A stretch of DNA of 64,000 bases from a bacterium (GCA_963674965.2 CAXXFL010000006.1:1152001-1216000), one strand, 5' to 3'; positions 24,135 to 33,773 are shown, numbered from the stretch's first letter. Made by a program: numbers and translations. The notes: generated by a model not told the origin, from the sequence alone.

Positions 24135-24320
24135 ATGAAGAAAGAACTTCCCGCTGTTCAAAAGGCGTATGATCTGTGCAAAGAGGTTTTGCCAAGGGTT
24201 TCAAAGCTTCCAAGAGACGTGAAGTTCACACTGGGAGACCGGATAGCCGACAATTGCCTTGCCGTGCTTGAGATATTGCTTCAGGCCGCCGGCGTTACGT
24301 TTTTCAAGAGGCCTCATTGA
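24135..24320 (+). pseudogene. avd: Truncated DGR accessory protein Avd (four-helix-bundle family)
   Basis: ELPAVQKAYDL..LPRVSKLPRDVKFTLGDRI..LEILLQA resembles the Avd N-half; similarity ends at about aa 52, where a MITE-end-like sequence begins. Confidence 0.72.
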
Positions 24321-24386
24321 TTATCCTCTCACCCCGGCTTACAATAATTTCATGTCAAAGAGGCCAATTAATTGGGGAGAATCTTC

Positions 24387-24635
24387 ATGAAAGACGAGGC
24401 TTTACTGGAGCACATCGTTTTAGACGCCACCGTGATGGCCGGAAAGCCGGTTATTCGCGGGACTCGGCTTACCGTTGATTTCATCCTGAACCTTTTGGCT
24501 CATGGCGCCACCGAGGAAGATATCCTGGCCGAATACAAAAGTCTTTCTAAAGAGGACCTCCGCGCCTGCATTCTGTTCGCGGCCGAGGCCATCAGGAACA
24601 CGGACTTTATGCCGCTGGCCGCTAAAACCGTCTGA
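24387..24635 (+). CDS. DUF433 antitoxin
   Basis: VMAGKPVIRGTRLTVDFILNLLAHGATEEDILAEYKSLSKEDLRAC. Confidence 0.85.
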   Translation: MKDEALLEHIVLDATVMAGKPVIRGTRLTVDFILNLLAHGATEEDILAEYKSLSKEDLRACILFAAEAIRNTDFMPLAAKTV

Positions 24636-24745
24636 TGAAATTCATGGTGGAAGAATGTACGGATCCAGCCGTAGCCTCCTGGCTACGATAGCAAAATCAC
24701 GAGGTATTTTCGGTTTTCGACCAGGCCAAGGGCGCGAATTGGTGA
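24635..24745 (+). pseudogene. DUF5615-type PIN toxin pseudogene
   Basis: TGATG coupling to DUF433; reads MKFMVEECTDPAVASWLR*QNHEVFSVFDQAKG with in-frame TAG at 24689-24691, then similarity is lost. Confidence 0.7.
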
Positions 24746-24917
24746 TTGAAAAGGGCGCTCGACCAGCTTCCCGCCGTTCAAGGGAAGTATCTATATAAAT
24801 CCTTGCGGTGTAAAAAGCGGACAAAGATTACGGTATCTCCTTCCAAAGTGAATCCCAACCTGTAATCTCCTATCCTGATCCTGTAATGCCCGCCGCTGGA
24901 CGTCAGCTTTTTCATTA

Positions 24918-25100
24918 GCCTCTTGAAAAAGTCCCGCTTTGGAGTGCGGCGGCTCGACGCCGCTTTTCTTCCGAGCGGCTTGACGCGAGGCTGGCCGTTT
25001 TATTGTAAGGCCTTGTCAAGCCAAGGCCATCGAAAGCGGTCTCAAGCGACCGCGCTCCAAAGCGGCTATGCCGCCAAGAAAAGGACTTTCGCAAAAAATT
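24918..25100. repeat. MITE-like element containing an inverted pair of REP-like palindromes
   Basis: Outer GCCTCTTGAAAAAGTCC / GGACTTTCGCAAAAA; inner CCGCTTTGGAGTGCGG (24934-24949) pairs with CCGCGCTCCAAAGCGG (25050-25065); each arm has its own hairpin. Confidence 0.65.
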
Positions 25101-25194
25101 CTCATATTACCGATTTGCGCGCTGTTTTCCGCTTGCTTGACAATATCGATGGTTTTACGCGCGCGCCCTTTGTAATCAACCTTCAAGCGGCGCC

Positions 25195-25392
25195 TCAGAG
25201 AGCTTTCAAGACTTCATCTTCCGAGACTGAATCGGTGTTTATTCCCTCTTCAATGGCATTGGCCATTGCAAAATCCTCGATTACTTCGGCCATCACCTCG
25301 TAAAACAAGTCCCGGCGTTCAGACGGGGCTTCCAGGACCGCCTCCTTTAGAAGCTCCTTGATTCTTTCCTCGCCAAACAATTGTTCAGCCAT
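25195..25392 (-). CDS. Small acidic antitoxin-like protein with no toxin downstream
   Basis: 65 aa, KELLKEAVLE..EVIEDFAMANAIEEG..VSEDEV; AAGGAGG RBS. Confidence 0.55.
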   Translation of the reverse strand: MAEQLFGEERIKELLKEAVLEAPSERRDLFYEVMAEVIEDFAMANAIEEGINTDSVSEDEVLKAL

Positions 25393-25449
25393 CTTTGTCC
25401 TCCTTCGTAAGCATTTTATCCAAGAATAACCATTTTGTAACTGTATTGG

Positions 25450-25477
25450 TTGACAATAGGCTAAAAATAACTATAAT
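25450..25477 (+). promoter_or_regulatory. Consensus sigma70 promoter of the Fic gene
   Basis: TTGACA 25450-25455, 16 nt spacer, TATAAT 25472-25477; GGAGGAG RBS before ATG 25511. Confidence 0.7.
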
Positions 25478-25510
25478 AACAAAAGTGTAATCGTTTTAGC
25501 GGAGGAGACG

Positions 25511-27043
25511 ATGGCTCAGGAAGACCCAAAAGAAGCTTTGCCAAGACCCGCAGGATACTCTGCGCTCGTTCAGCGGTACGATCTTGATGTGATCCAGAAC
25601 TGGCATGAGTCTTATATCGCGGCCAGTGGAATCCACCGGATCGATTCCACTGGCGATGTTACCGTTGAGACTTATCCTTCTCAATACTGGCCCGGGGATC
25701 GATTGGGCGACCATCTTGAATTCGCGCTCAAGTACGACGGCATCAACCTCGCAATCCTCGCCAGCCTTTTCCAGAAGGCCGACGAAAAAGAAGTCCTGGA
25801 ATACATTGAATCCAAACCGACAGGTAAATACGCGCGGCGGGTCTGGTTCCTCTACGAGTTCATGACGGGCGGGATTCTGCCGATTCCAGACTTGAAGCGA
25901 GGGAACTATATCGACTTGTTCGAGTCCGAATCGTACTACACGGTGAGCCAGGCTCGCAGAGTAAAGCGCCAACGGATCAACGACAATATGTTGGGAGACG
26001 GCAAATTCAGCCCCATCGTGCGCCGAACCGAAACCCTTCTGGCTTTTGAAAAGGCCCATCTGACCGAGCGATGCCGGGAAGTTGTGGCAAGCTATTCCCC
26101 GGAACTGTTGAAAAGGGCGCTGGGATACCTTTACTCCAAAGAGACGAAATCATCCTTCGAGATCGAACACATCAAACCAAGCTCAACGCGCATAGAGCGT
26201 TTCGCGGCGTTGCTCCGATTGGCGGAGCAAGAGGATTTCTGCCGGAAGGAGCGACTGATCGATCTTCAGAACAATATCGTAGATCCCAGGTTTCGGGATT
26301 CCGACTACAGAGCGAATCAAAACTACGTCGGTGAGACCGTGGCCTGGCAGAACGAAAAGATTCATTATGTGTCTCCGAAGCCTGCCGACTTGCCGGGCCT
26401 GATGGAAGGTCTGCTGGAAGCCCATACGCGGATGGAGACAGGCCAAACCCAAGCGGTGATCCACGCCGCCGTCATCGCCTACGGGTTCGTCTTCATGCAT
26501 CCCTTCGAGGACGGGAACGGCAGAATCCACCGTTTTCTGATCCATAACGTTCTCGCCCGAAGAGGGTTTACGCCCCCCGGAGTTATGTTTCCCGTCTCGG
26601 CTTCGATGCTGAAAAACCCGAGTGAGTATGACGCATCCCTCGAAGCGTATTCACGAAAACTGATGCCCTTGATTGAATACTCTCTCAACGAAGAGGGCAG
26701 CATGACGGTCCACGACGATACGGCCATTTGGTACCGCTACCTGGACATGACGGCTCAAGCAGAAGCGCTTTTTCATTTCATTGATCTGACCATCAATACC
26801 GAGCTCACGAGTGAACTGGCCTTCTTGGCCAATTACGACCAAGCCAAGAAAGCCCTGCAAGAGATCGTGGACTTGCCGGACAGACGGGTCGATCTTTTTA
26901 TCCGGTTCTGCCTGCAAAACAACGGGCGAATTTCCTCAAGAAAGCGCGCGAACCACTTTGACTTCTTGTCGGATGACGAAATCGCTCGGATGGAGCAAGC
27001 CGTCCATTCCGCTTATGGGGACATAAATTCCACGCCTAAATAA
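25511..27043 (+). CDS. Fic/DOC family protein (510 aa)
   Basis: Canonical Fic motif HPFEDGNGRIHR; ETKSSFEIE. Confidence 0.9.
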   Translation: MAQEDPKEALPRPAGYSALVQRYDLDVIQNWHESYIAASGIHRIDSTGDVTVETYPSQYWPGDRLGDHLEFALKYDGINLAILASLFQKADEKEVLEYIESKPTGKYARRVWFLYEFMTGGILPIPDLKRGNYIDLFESESYYTVSQARRVKRQRINDNMLGDGKFSPIVRRTETLLAFEKAHLTERCREVVASYSPELLKRALGYLYSKETKSSFEIEHIKPSSTRIERFAALLRLAEQEDFCRKERLIDLQNNIVDPRFRDSDYRANQNYVGETVAWQNEKIHYVSPKPADLPGLMEGLLEAHTRMETGQTQAVIHAAVIAYGFVFMHPFEDGNGRIHRFLIHNVLARRGFTPPGVMFPVSASMLKNPSEYDASLEAYSRKLMPLIEYSLNEEGSMTVHDDTAIWYRYLDMTAQAEALFHFIDLTINTELTSELAFLANYDQAKKALQEIVDLPDRRVDLFIRFCLQNNGRISSRKRANHFDFLSDDEIARMEQAVHSAYGDINSTPK

Positions 27044-27129
27044 ACACCGGCTCGGTCATCAGCGGCGCCAGGTGGACCGTCTCCTGGCCCCTCCCGTTCA
27101 CATTGCCCCGCTACCTCGTCGAACCCGCC

Positions 27130-27290
27130 GCTGGTGACCTTGCCGGCGGGAGCGCCTGATGGCTGGGGCCATGCGGCGCGTCCTCGGCGAGACCGGCCGG
27201 TCCTTTCACCTCGAACCTCCTCCGCCATTGGAGGACGGTGGGACGGGACGTTCCCAACTCCTTGGCGATGGCGTTGTTGGATATGCGGGA
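27130..27290 (-). pseudogene. IS630-family transposase N-terminal HTH remnant
   Basis: Minus strand translates RISNNAIAKELGTSRPTVLQWRRRFEVKGPAGLAEDAP; no start codon or DDE domain. Confidence 0.65.
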
Positions 27291-27337
27291 GGCCGACGTT
27301 TATCAATCCTCATCAGGGAAAACTAAATGACGCGATT

Positions 27338-27405
27338 CCCACCCAGGACGGCGGCCGCTTCGCGGCGCTTGCCCTGGGCTGTGATATCTTGCCCCCGCAG
27401 GGCGC
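27338..27405. repeat. REP-like palindrome
   Basis: CCCAGG (27342) and CCTGGG (to 27378) enclose the hairpin GCCGCTTCGCGGC, followed by a second small hairpin GCCCCCGCAGGGC. Confidence 0.5.
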
Positions 27406-27647
27406 GAAAAATCACTTGTAATAGGGGAACTTTGCGGGATATACTGACAACATGAAGCCAACACTGAGCCGGAAAATTTATTTGATTTTGCCGCCATTTT
27501 TTTTTATTATCATTTTATGTCTGGACCAGTACATTTCATTTATTTGGAACGCAAAAGCTTCAGACGCAAAATTCATCAATCTCGAGATTCAGCGATTTCA
27601 GGAGTGCCATCTCCAAAAATATGAAATATACTCCGAGGGTTTAGTTA

Positions 27648-29411
27648 GTTCCAGTTGCGTAACTAGAAAAAGCCAATAAAAACAATGTGCTGTAAGCATT
27701 TTTCGCTTCCCTTTTTGGTCTTGTTATGATACAATAACTCCTTGAAAAATCAAGGATTGACTTGCCGGGATGCTGTGAAGGGGGCGAAAAATGCGACCGA
27801 AAATTAAAATGCAAATGACCATTGAAGACCACGAATTTTTGAAAGCGGGCCATCTTTTCAAACAAGACACTGAGCTTGAGAAGATGAGCATAGCGCTCGA
27901 CGAGGCCAAGGAAATTCTGGAAGCTGTTGCCGATGATCTCCAAAGCGGACTCAAGGAGACCGGCGCCGAGGGGATGAGCGTCGAGCAGGTCCTTAGGAGC
28001 GCGGTCATCTATCAACTCAAGTGTTATTCCTACCGGGAACTCGGCGACCGCCTCGGTTCCGATTACAATTTCCGCAAGTTCACCAGGTTCTTCGGGCGGG
28101 ACATTCCCCATTTCAGCAGCCTGGAGCGGGCGATAAAACGCATCCGCCCCGAGACCTGGGAGCGGATCAACGAAATGCTCGTGGCCCTGGCCATTAAAAA
28201 AAAAGTAGAAGACGGCGAGGCGGTCCGCGCTGACACCGCGGTGGCCGAGGCCAACATCCACTATCCGACCGACGCTTCGCTTCTTTTTGACAGCATCCGT
28301 GTATTGGACCGGTTGATGAAAGGAGCGCGGAAGGAGCTGCCGGGTCTCGGGTTCGAATATCATGACCGGACTCGGCGGGCCAAGAAGCGCGCTTACCAGA
28401 TCGCCATGGGCAAAGGCAAAGGGATCGAGAAGAAACGGGCGGTCTGGTACCGGGACCTTCTCAAGGTTTCGGCGGAAATCTTGGCCATGGCCCGCTCGGC
28501 GCGGGAGGCGCTGGACGAGGCCCTTAAAGGCGGAGAGCTTTATTTCAGCGATGCGGGCCTGGCAACCATGATCAAGAGCGAACTCGATCATTACCTGCCG
28601 CTTTCTGAGCAGTGCGTCGAGCAGTGCGAGCGGCGGGTTATAAAAGGCGAGAAGGTTCCCGCGCAAGAGAAGGTGGTTTCCGTTTTCGAGCCGCACGTTG
28701 ATATCATCCGGAGAGGCAAGACCATGAGCCCGACCGAGTTCGGTCACAAGGTGATGGCGGCGACGGGAAGGTCGGGGATTGTGCTTCAATATAAAGTGTG
28801 CGAGGGCAACCCTTCCGACGCCGACCTTTTCGAGGACATTTTGCAAAAACACGTCCGCCTGTTCGGCAAGGCTCCACGCGAGTTTACCGGCGACCGCCGC
28901 TTCTATCATGAGGACAATGAGAAGCTTGCGACCGAAGGTCCTTATTATATCGAGCGCCTGGCCATTCCCAAGCCCGGCAAAAGGAGTTCGGAGCGGATCG
29001 AGCACGAGCGTCAGCGCTGGTTCAAGAAGCTTCTTCGCTTCCGGGCCGGGATCGAGGGCGGCCTTTCCGCCCTTCTTCGCGGCTTCGGTCTGAGCCGATG
29101 CCTGTGGAGAGGTTTCGAGAGCTTCAAGTCCTGGGTGGGTCTTTCGTTCTTTGCCTGGAACCTTCGAAAACTCGCGCTGCTGACTTAGCCGCCGCCGGGC
29201 GCGCCCCTGTGGGGGCAATGAAAAACGGAAATGAAAAACAGCAAAAGGAGAGGTGTTTTTTGAAAGGATAGAAAAGGGCCGGCTCAGGCATTCAACTCGC
29301 CTGAAAGCGTTAAAATCTTTTCCGTCCTTTATGGACGCCCTGAAAATCTGCATGTCCATATCCTCTCCGCACCGCATAATGAAAGCCATTAAGCAGTTGT
29401 GCAACAGAAAC
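27648..29411 (+). mobile_element. Complete insertion sequence (ISNCY/IS5-like)
   Basis: Imperfect 17-bp terminal IRs GTTCCAGTTGCGTAACT / AGTTGTGCAACAGAAAC (13/17 match); 6-bp duplication TAGTTA at 27642-27647 and 29412-29417. Confidence 0.85.
27791..29188 (+). CDS. DDE transposase (ISNCY/IS5-like)
   Basis: RADTAVAEANIHYPTD, VSVFEPHVDIIRRGK..TEFGHKV, GDRRF, RAGIEGGLS..RGFGLSRC. Confidence 0.9.
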   Translation: MRPKIKMQMTIEDHEFLKAGHLFKQDTELEKMSIALDEAKEILEAVADDLQSGLKETGAEGMSVEQVLRSAVIYQLKCYSYRELGDRLGSDYNFRKFTRFFGRDIPHFSSLERAIKRIRPETWERINEMLVALAIKKKVEDGEAVRADTAVAEANIHYPTDASLLFDSIRVLDRLMKGARKELPGLGFEYHDRTRRAKKRAYQIAMGKGKGIEKKRAVWYRDLLKVSAEILAMARSAREALDEALKGGELYFSDAGLATMIKSELDHYLPLSEQCVEQCERRVIKGEKVPAQEKVVSVFEPHVDIIRRGKTMSPTEFGHKVMAATGRSGIVLQYKVCEGNPSDADLFEDILQKHVRLFGKAPREFTGDRRFYHEDNEKLATEGPYYIERLAIPKPGKRSSERIEHERQRWFKKLLRFRAGIEGGLSALLRGFGLSRCLWRGFESFKSWVGLSFFAWNLRKLALLT

Positions 29412-29417
29412 TAGTTA

Positions 29418-30494
29418 ACGGGAAACATCGATATTTTATGCATTAACTGCGAAGGAGATCTTGTAGTCGTAGAGCTAAAGAAGAAAAAGACTCCAAGGGA
29501 GGTTGTAGCCCAGGCCCTTGATTATTGCGCCTGCATCAAGGATTGGCCGAACGAAAAAGTGTTGGACGTTGCATCGAATCTTTATCAAAATGAGGACGGA
29601 TTCATCAAGGCTTTCCGCTCTAAGTTCGAGACAGAAGGCATTCCAGAAGTTCTTAACAACCAACAGAAAATCTATATAATGGGAGCTGAGATCGACGCCA
29701 CAACTGAAAGGATCATCGAGTATCTATCAGATGTTTATGGCGTTGGAATAAACGCGGCAACATTCCAGATGTTCAAGGGAAAAGCTGGTGCTTTCATGAC
29801 AAGAATTTATACAAAGACGCCTGAAGAGGTTGATTATAGCGCCAAGACGAAACACAAAAGTAAAAAGACACCACCTCCAACTATAGAGATGTTCCAAGAG
29901 GCGGCAAAGAAGGCCGGCTTTGAGGAAGTCTATAATCACCTATTTGAATGGGCTAGTTATGAATTTGATACCATTCACAGAAGAAAAGCTAGTGTTGCTT
30001 TTAATCTCGAAAAAGCAGTTGTTTTTAACCTTTCGCCCTTTCCGGAATGGAGCGATCCAGAATACGGTCTTAATGCCGGTATTTACGTTGATAGGCTAGC
30101 AAAATATTGTGATGTTAAAAGCGAGGTAATAATGAAATATATTCCAAAAGAAATCGAGAAAGTGGAGTTGAATGAATATGAAGCCAATTTTTATGGGGCC
30201 TATTATCAGGTTTGGTTTAAGACAATGGATGAAGCGGAGAAGTTTACCAAAGGTATCACAAATCTTTTCAGAAAAGTGGAAGGGGGAGGCAATATTGTGA
30301 AATATAATCCAAATTGCGCAATAAATCAACGCTGCTTAACACTGTTAATTTGTCTACATTGCAACACTGCTGTCCAAAATAGGACGGACCTTTCCTTTGC
30401 CCCATTAAAAAACGGGGATTTAGATGGTCAAACTATGGGTTTTCAGGTTGAGGTTATCCCTTTTTTTTCCGCCGGGGCTGTCCAAGACCGCTGA
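29418..30494 (+). pseudogene. NucS-like PD-(D/E)xK endonuclease-domain gene lacking its N-terminus; the 3' end runs into the IS4 remnant
   Basis: Frame just after the IS reads GNIDILCINCEGDLVVVELKKKKTPREVVAQALDY, in frame with track ORF 29559-30494; low GC. Confidence 0.65.
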
Positions 30495-30772
30495 TGGGAA
30501 GATATAGTTGCTCGGGTTTGGGCACGATCGGCTCCACGCCGAAGGGATTGTGCAGCCATTCCGTCAAATCCCGATAAGTAAAGAGGTTCAGCCGCGGCAT
30601 GGAGGCCAGGTTCGAGAACGACCAGCCGGCCATGGATATGTAATGGAGCCACTTTAAAATAAGGATGGCGATCAAGGCTGTCCAAATCTGGATGAGCGGC
30701 GCGTTCTCGCTCGTGCCCACGAAGGACTTGATTTTGAGGTTTTGTTTCAGGGCCTTGAAGAATATCTCGATC
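30365..30772 (-). mobile_element. IS4-family transposase 3' remnant with its right end
   Basis: Minus strand IEIFFKALKQNLKIKSFVGTSENA..IQIWTALIA; terminal TTTTGGACAGCAGTG ending at 30365. Confidence 0.8.
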
Positions 30773-31221
30773 TTGGCGCCGGGGCCGTGAACGCCCGGCT
30801 CGACTCGGAGCCAGGCGGCGAGGACCAGGCGAAATTATCGAACGCCTCTATACTTCACCTGGCGGTTGGCCGCCGCGACAAGGACATAGCCCGGACCCTG
30901 ATCGAGCATGGGGCCGACCCTAACGCCGGAGATTGCCGCGCCGAGTTCATGGGTAATTCCCACGAGGATATAACGCCCCTTCAACTGGCCTTGCTTGCCG
31001 AGCGCGAAATATCCATCGACATGCTCGAGACCCTTCTAGAGGGGGGAGACGGCCTCGAGAAGACGGACTCCCTGGGCCGAACCGCTCTGATGTACGCCGC
31101 GTACGGAGGATCAAAGGACGCGATCGAGTTTCTCCTTGAAAGAGGCGCCGATCCCGACGCAAGGATAACGCGGGCAAATCCCCTCTCGACCTCGCTAGAG
31201 AACTCGGCAACCCCGGCCTGA
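30773..31221 (+). pseudogene. Ankyrin-repeat gene fragment
   Basis: ILHLAV..LIEHGADPNA, TPLQLA, GRTALMYAAYGG..LLERGADPD; 5' end abuts the IS4 remnant. Confidence 0.7.
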
Positions 31222-31326
31222 TTAGCGCTGGAGGAATCATGCGGGGAGAATGAATAAATTGATTTTAGAGCCGCGACGGCCGATCGGTTTTTTTACCTTC
31301 TCATTTTCGCGATAGCGCGATTGACG

Positions 31327-33591
31327 TCATTGCCTTTGCTCGGCCGTGACAGGCATGAATATGACCCTGTATTCCTCTATTTTACAATCCTTCGAATTCA
31401 CGGGAACGATCATGATTCCCTTGATGGACTCAATGGCTATCCAATCCGGATAATTGGCGACTGGAAGAATGATCTTCTTTTCTCCTTTTGCCGTGGAAAT
31501 GGGAAATTGCAGTTTATTGCGTTCATCATAATCGTCGGCGCTATTTTCCTTCCAATATATATATCCTTCAAGGTCTTTTGGATTACGGCATTCTATCTCC
31601 ATGTCTATTTCAATGGAATTGACGATGGAGGGAGTTATATCCATATTTGAAAGAGTGAAAAAAGGATCGTCCGCGGTGGTGACGCATCCGCTGATTGGAG
31701 ACGTTTCGCAATGATGTATTATTAAGCCGTTGCTGAAATTTACCTCGATCGCGGACAAGTCGGTCCCGCTTACAAGCTTTATAACCTGGTTCCTGTTTTC
31801 TACGGTTTTTCTTATACTCTCGGTAACGTCCTCGAATTCTCCCGAGATTTTGTTCCATTTTAGAAAAATGGAAAAATAATCAAGAAAGCACGGGTCTTTT
31901 GGAAGAGTGAAAGGAGACAAATCGAATTTCAGGCGTTTGGTGGACACTCTTTTAAAATCATAGAATTTTTCCACGTCTTTGAATGGTTCGATGGCTAAAT
32001 AGTCTCCAATGGAAACCGCGTTTCCTGGAAAAAGGGCTTGGATTAATTTGCGGGCCCCTGCCGGGTCTTCCCTCATGATCGTGTTCCAATCGGCAAGCGC
32101 GTTTTTCATGCTCGCGATTCTAAGATTAAAAAATCCCCTTGAAGCAAGGACGGTAAATCTTCTTGACTCAAGGCCTTCCCATCTGGTCAACAAATCTATC
32201 GCGTGTTTAATATTTAACTTTCGGTCTGAAAGCAGGGCGTATCTGAACGCGAAGACTATGTCCCATTGGGCCAGGTAATCATCTTTTATTCCTAACGCCT
32301 CATTCACTTCTTCATATGACGCCGGTAACGACGACGTCTTGTTTTGGGGAATAAGGTCGTTGGCGTCCAAGTATCTGATTAGCATTTCAGCTAACTCTTG
32401 TTGTCCATATAACGTTTGATGTACGTGGTCGGTAAAAAATTTATGCCCCAGGTATTCTTTTCCCTCCAGTTTTGATTTAATTAACGTCTCGGAATCCAAT
32501 AAATACGCGCCATCTCCCTTGACCGCTTTCCTCAGGGCCTCGTTGATGGAAGAAGGAGCTCTAACCGGAAGATCGTCAAGGTCGCGAGCAACCTGAAAGC
32601 TTGACCACGCCCGGCCCCATTCTCCTCTTTGCCTTTGCATGATCCCCTTTAAAAAATGAGCAAGAGCGAAATCGGGAGATTTTTCCAGGGCATTAATTAT
32701 TAACGGCTCCGCTTCTTGTATTTTCCCGCTAAATATCAGCCCGTCCGCCTTTTCCAGGTCCCTTAAGATTCTTTCTTTTTCATTGGGTCCGAGGCTGGAG
32801 TCGAAAACCGATTTAATCGGATAGTAGTCAGCCTCGTTTCCTATTACGGTCATGAAAACAACGGGAACGCCATGTTCATTGCAAATTGATATAATGTCCT
32901 TTATGTTTTTGGAAAAAGCTCGAAGTACTTTTTTTCTTTGTTTTGGTGGAAAAAATTCACGGCCATCGTCGGGGTAGTCGAAAAACAAGCCGGGGTCTCG
33001 CGTCACCTTTTGCACATATCTAAGGGCCAGCAGGGAATCGATAATGGAAACGGACCGGGTGTGCCCGGCCAGCCATTTCCAGGCTTCCCCCACTGGCGTG
33101 GGGCCGCTAATCCCCATGGACCGAAACCATCCCATTTCGTTGTGCCCCATATACACGACGCATAGATCGGGCTCATACCGCAAGGATTGCTTAATTACTT
33201 TTTCCACTACGTCACTATTCATGGCCTCCACGGCCAGGTTATAAGCTCTGATATCCTTGTCTCCCCGCCCCTGCAAGTTGAGGATCGTTTCCAGTCTTTT
33301 AGGCAGGGAAGATTTGTCGGCGTAATTGCTTCCGAACATGCTTGAAGCGCCGTAGCAGAAAATCCTGAATTCTCCGGAAGGCTTTGGCACGGAAAAAGAC
33401 GGCTTCAGGTAGGATGGCTCGAATGTAACCTGACGTGGATGCCCCTGGGGGCCGGCGCTGAACAAAGCGTCACTGGTTTTTTCGATGCCGGCAATATATA
33501 AAAGCAGCTCAAGAAGAAGGAAAAGAACAATCAGTGGAATAAAGCTGAAGGTGAGGCGTTTTATCTTCGTTAACTTGTTTTTCATTTTCAT
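31327..33591 (-). CDS. Membrane-anchored SGNH/GDSL-like protein with TPR region
   Basis: N-terminal TM, RIFCYGASSMFG, YEPDLCVVYMGHNE, FTDHVH; TPR-like helices; lower GC than flanks. Confidence 0.7.
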   Translation of the reverse strand: MKMKNKLTKIKRLTFSFIPLIVLFLLLELLLYIAGIEKTSDALFSAGPQGHPRQVTFEPSYLKPSFSVPKPSGEFRIFCYGASSMFGSNYADKSSLPKRLETILNLQGRGDKDIRAYNLAVEAMNSDVVEKVIKQSLRYEPDLCVVYMGHNEMGWFRSMGISGPTPVGEAWKWLAGHTRSVSIIDSLLALRYVQKVTRDPGLFFDYPDDGREFFPPKQRKKVLRAFSKNIKDIISICNEHGVPVVFMTVIGNEADYYPIKSVFDSSLGPNEKERILRDLEKADGLIFSGKIQEAEPLIINALEKSPDFALAHFLKGIMQRQRGEWGRAWSSFQVARDLDDLPVRAPSSINEALRKAVKGDGAYLLDSETLIKSKLEGKEYLGHKFFTDHVHQTLYGQQELAEMLIRYLDANDLIPQNKTSSLPASYEEVNEALGIKDDYLAQWDIVFAFRYALLSDRKLNIKHAIDLLTRWEGLESRRFTVLASRGFFNLRIASMKNALADWNTIMREDPAGARKLIQALFPGNAVSIGDYLAIEPFKDVEKFYDFKRVSTKRLKFDLSPFTLPKDPCFLDYFSIFLKWNKISGEFEDVTESIRKTVENRNQVIKLVSGTDLSAIEVNFSNGLIIHHCETSPISGCVTTADDPFFTLSNMDITPSIVNSIEIDMEIECRNPKDLEGYIYWKENSADDYDERNKLQFPISTAKGEKKIILPVANYPDWIAIESIKGIMIVPVNSKDCKIEEYRVIFMPVTAEQRQ

Positions 33592-33773
33592 TCACGTCGC
33601 GCCTTTTTGCTCGAGGCAACCCGTAAGATTCCGTCATGGAATAATTGCCTTAATTATATAGGTTTTTTCGGTTCCTGCAAGATATTAATCCGCTATTTAT
33701 GAGAAGCAAAGTTTACTCCTGACGTACCATGTGTAAAAATATTCAAATGATCGCGAAGGGAGGGATAATTTAA

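Noticed and set aside
27641-29404. 587-aa antisense ORF spanning almost the whole IS
   Set aside because: Shadow frame of the transposase with no recognisable motifs; long antisense ORFs are common in GC-rich genes
24300-31221. Integron cassette array
   Set aside because: No integron integrase and no consistent attC-type sites; the repeats are better explained as IS/MITE ends and REP-like palindromes
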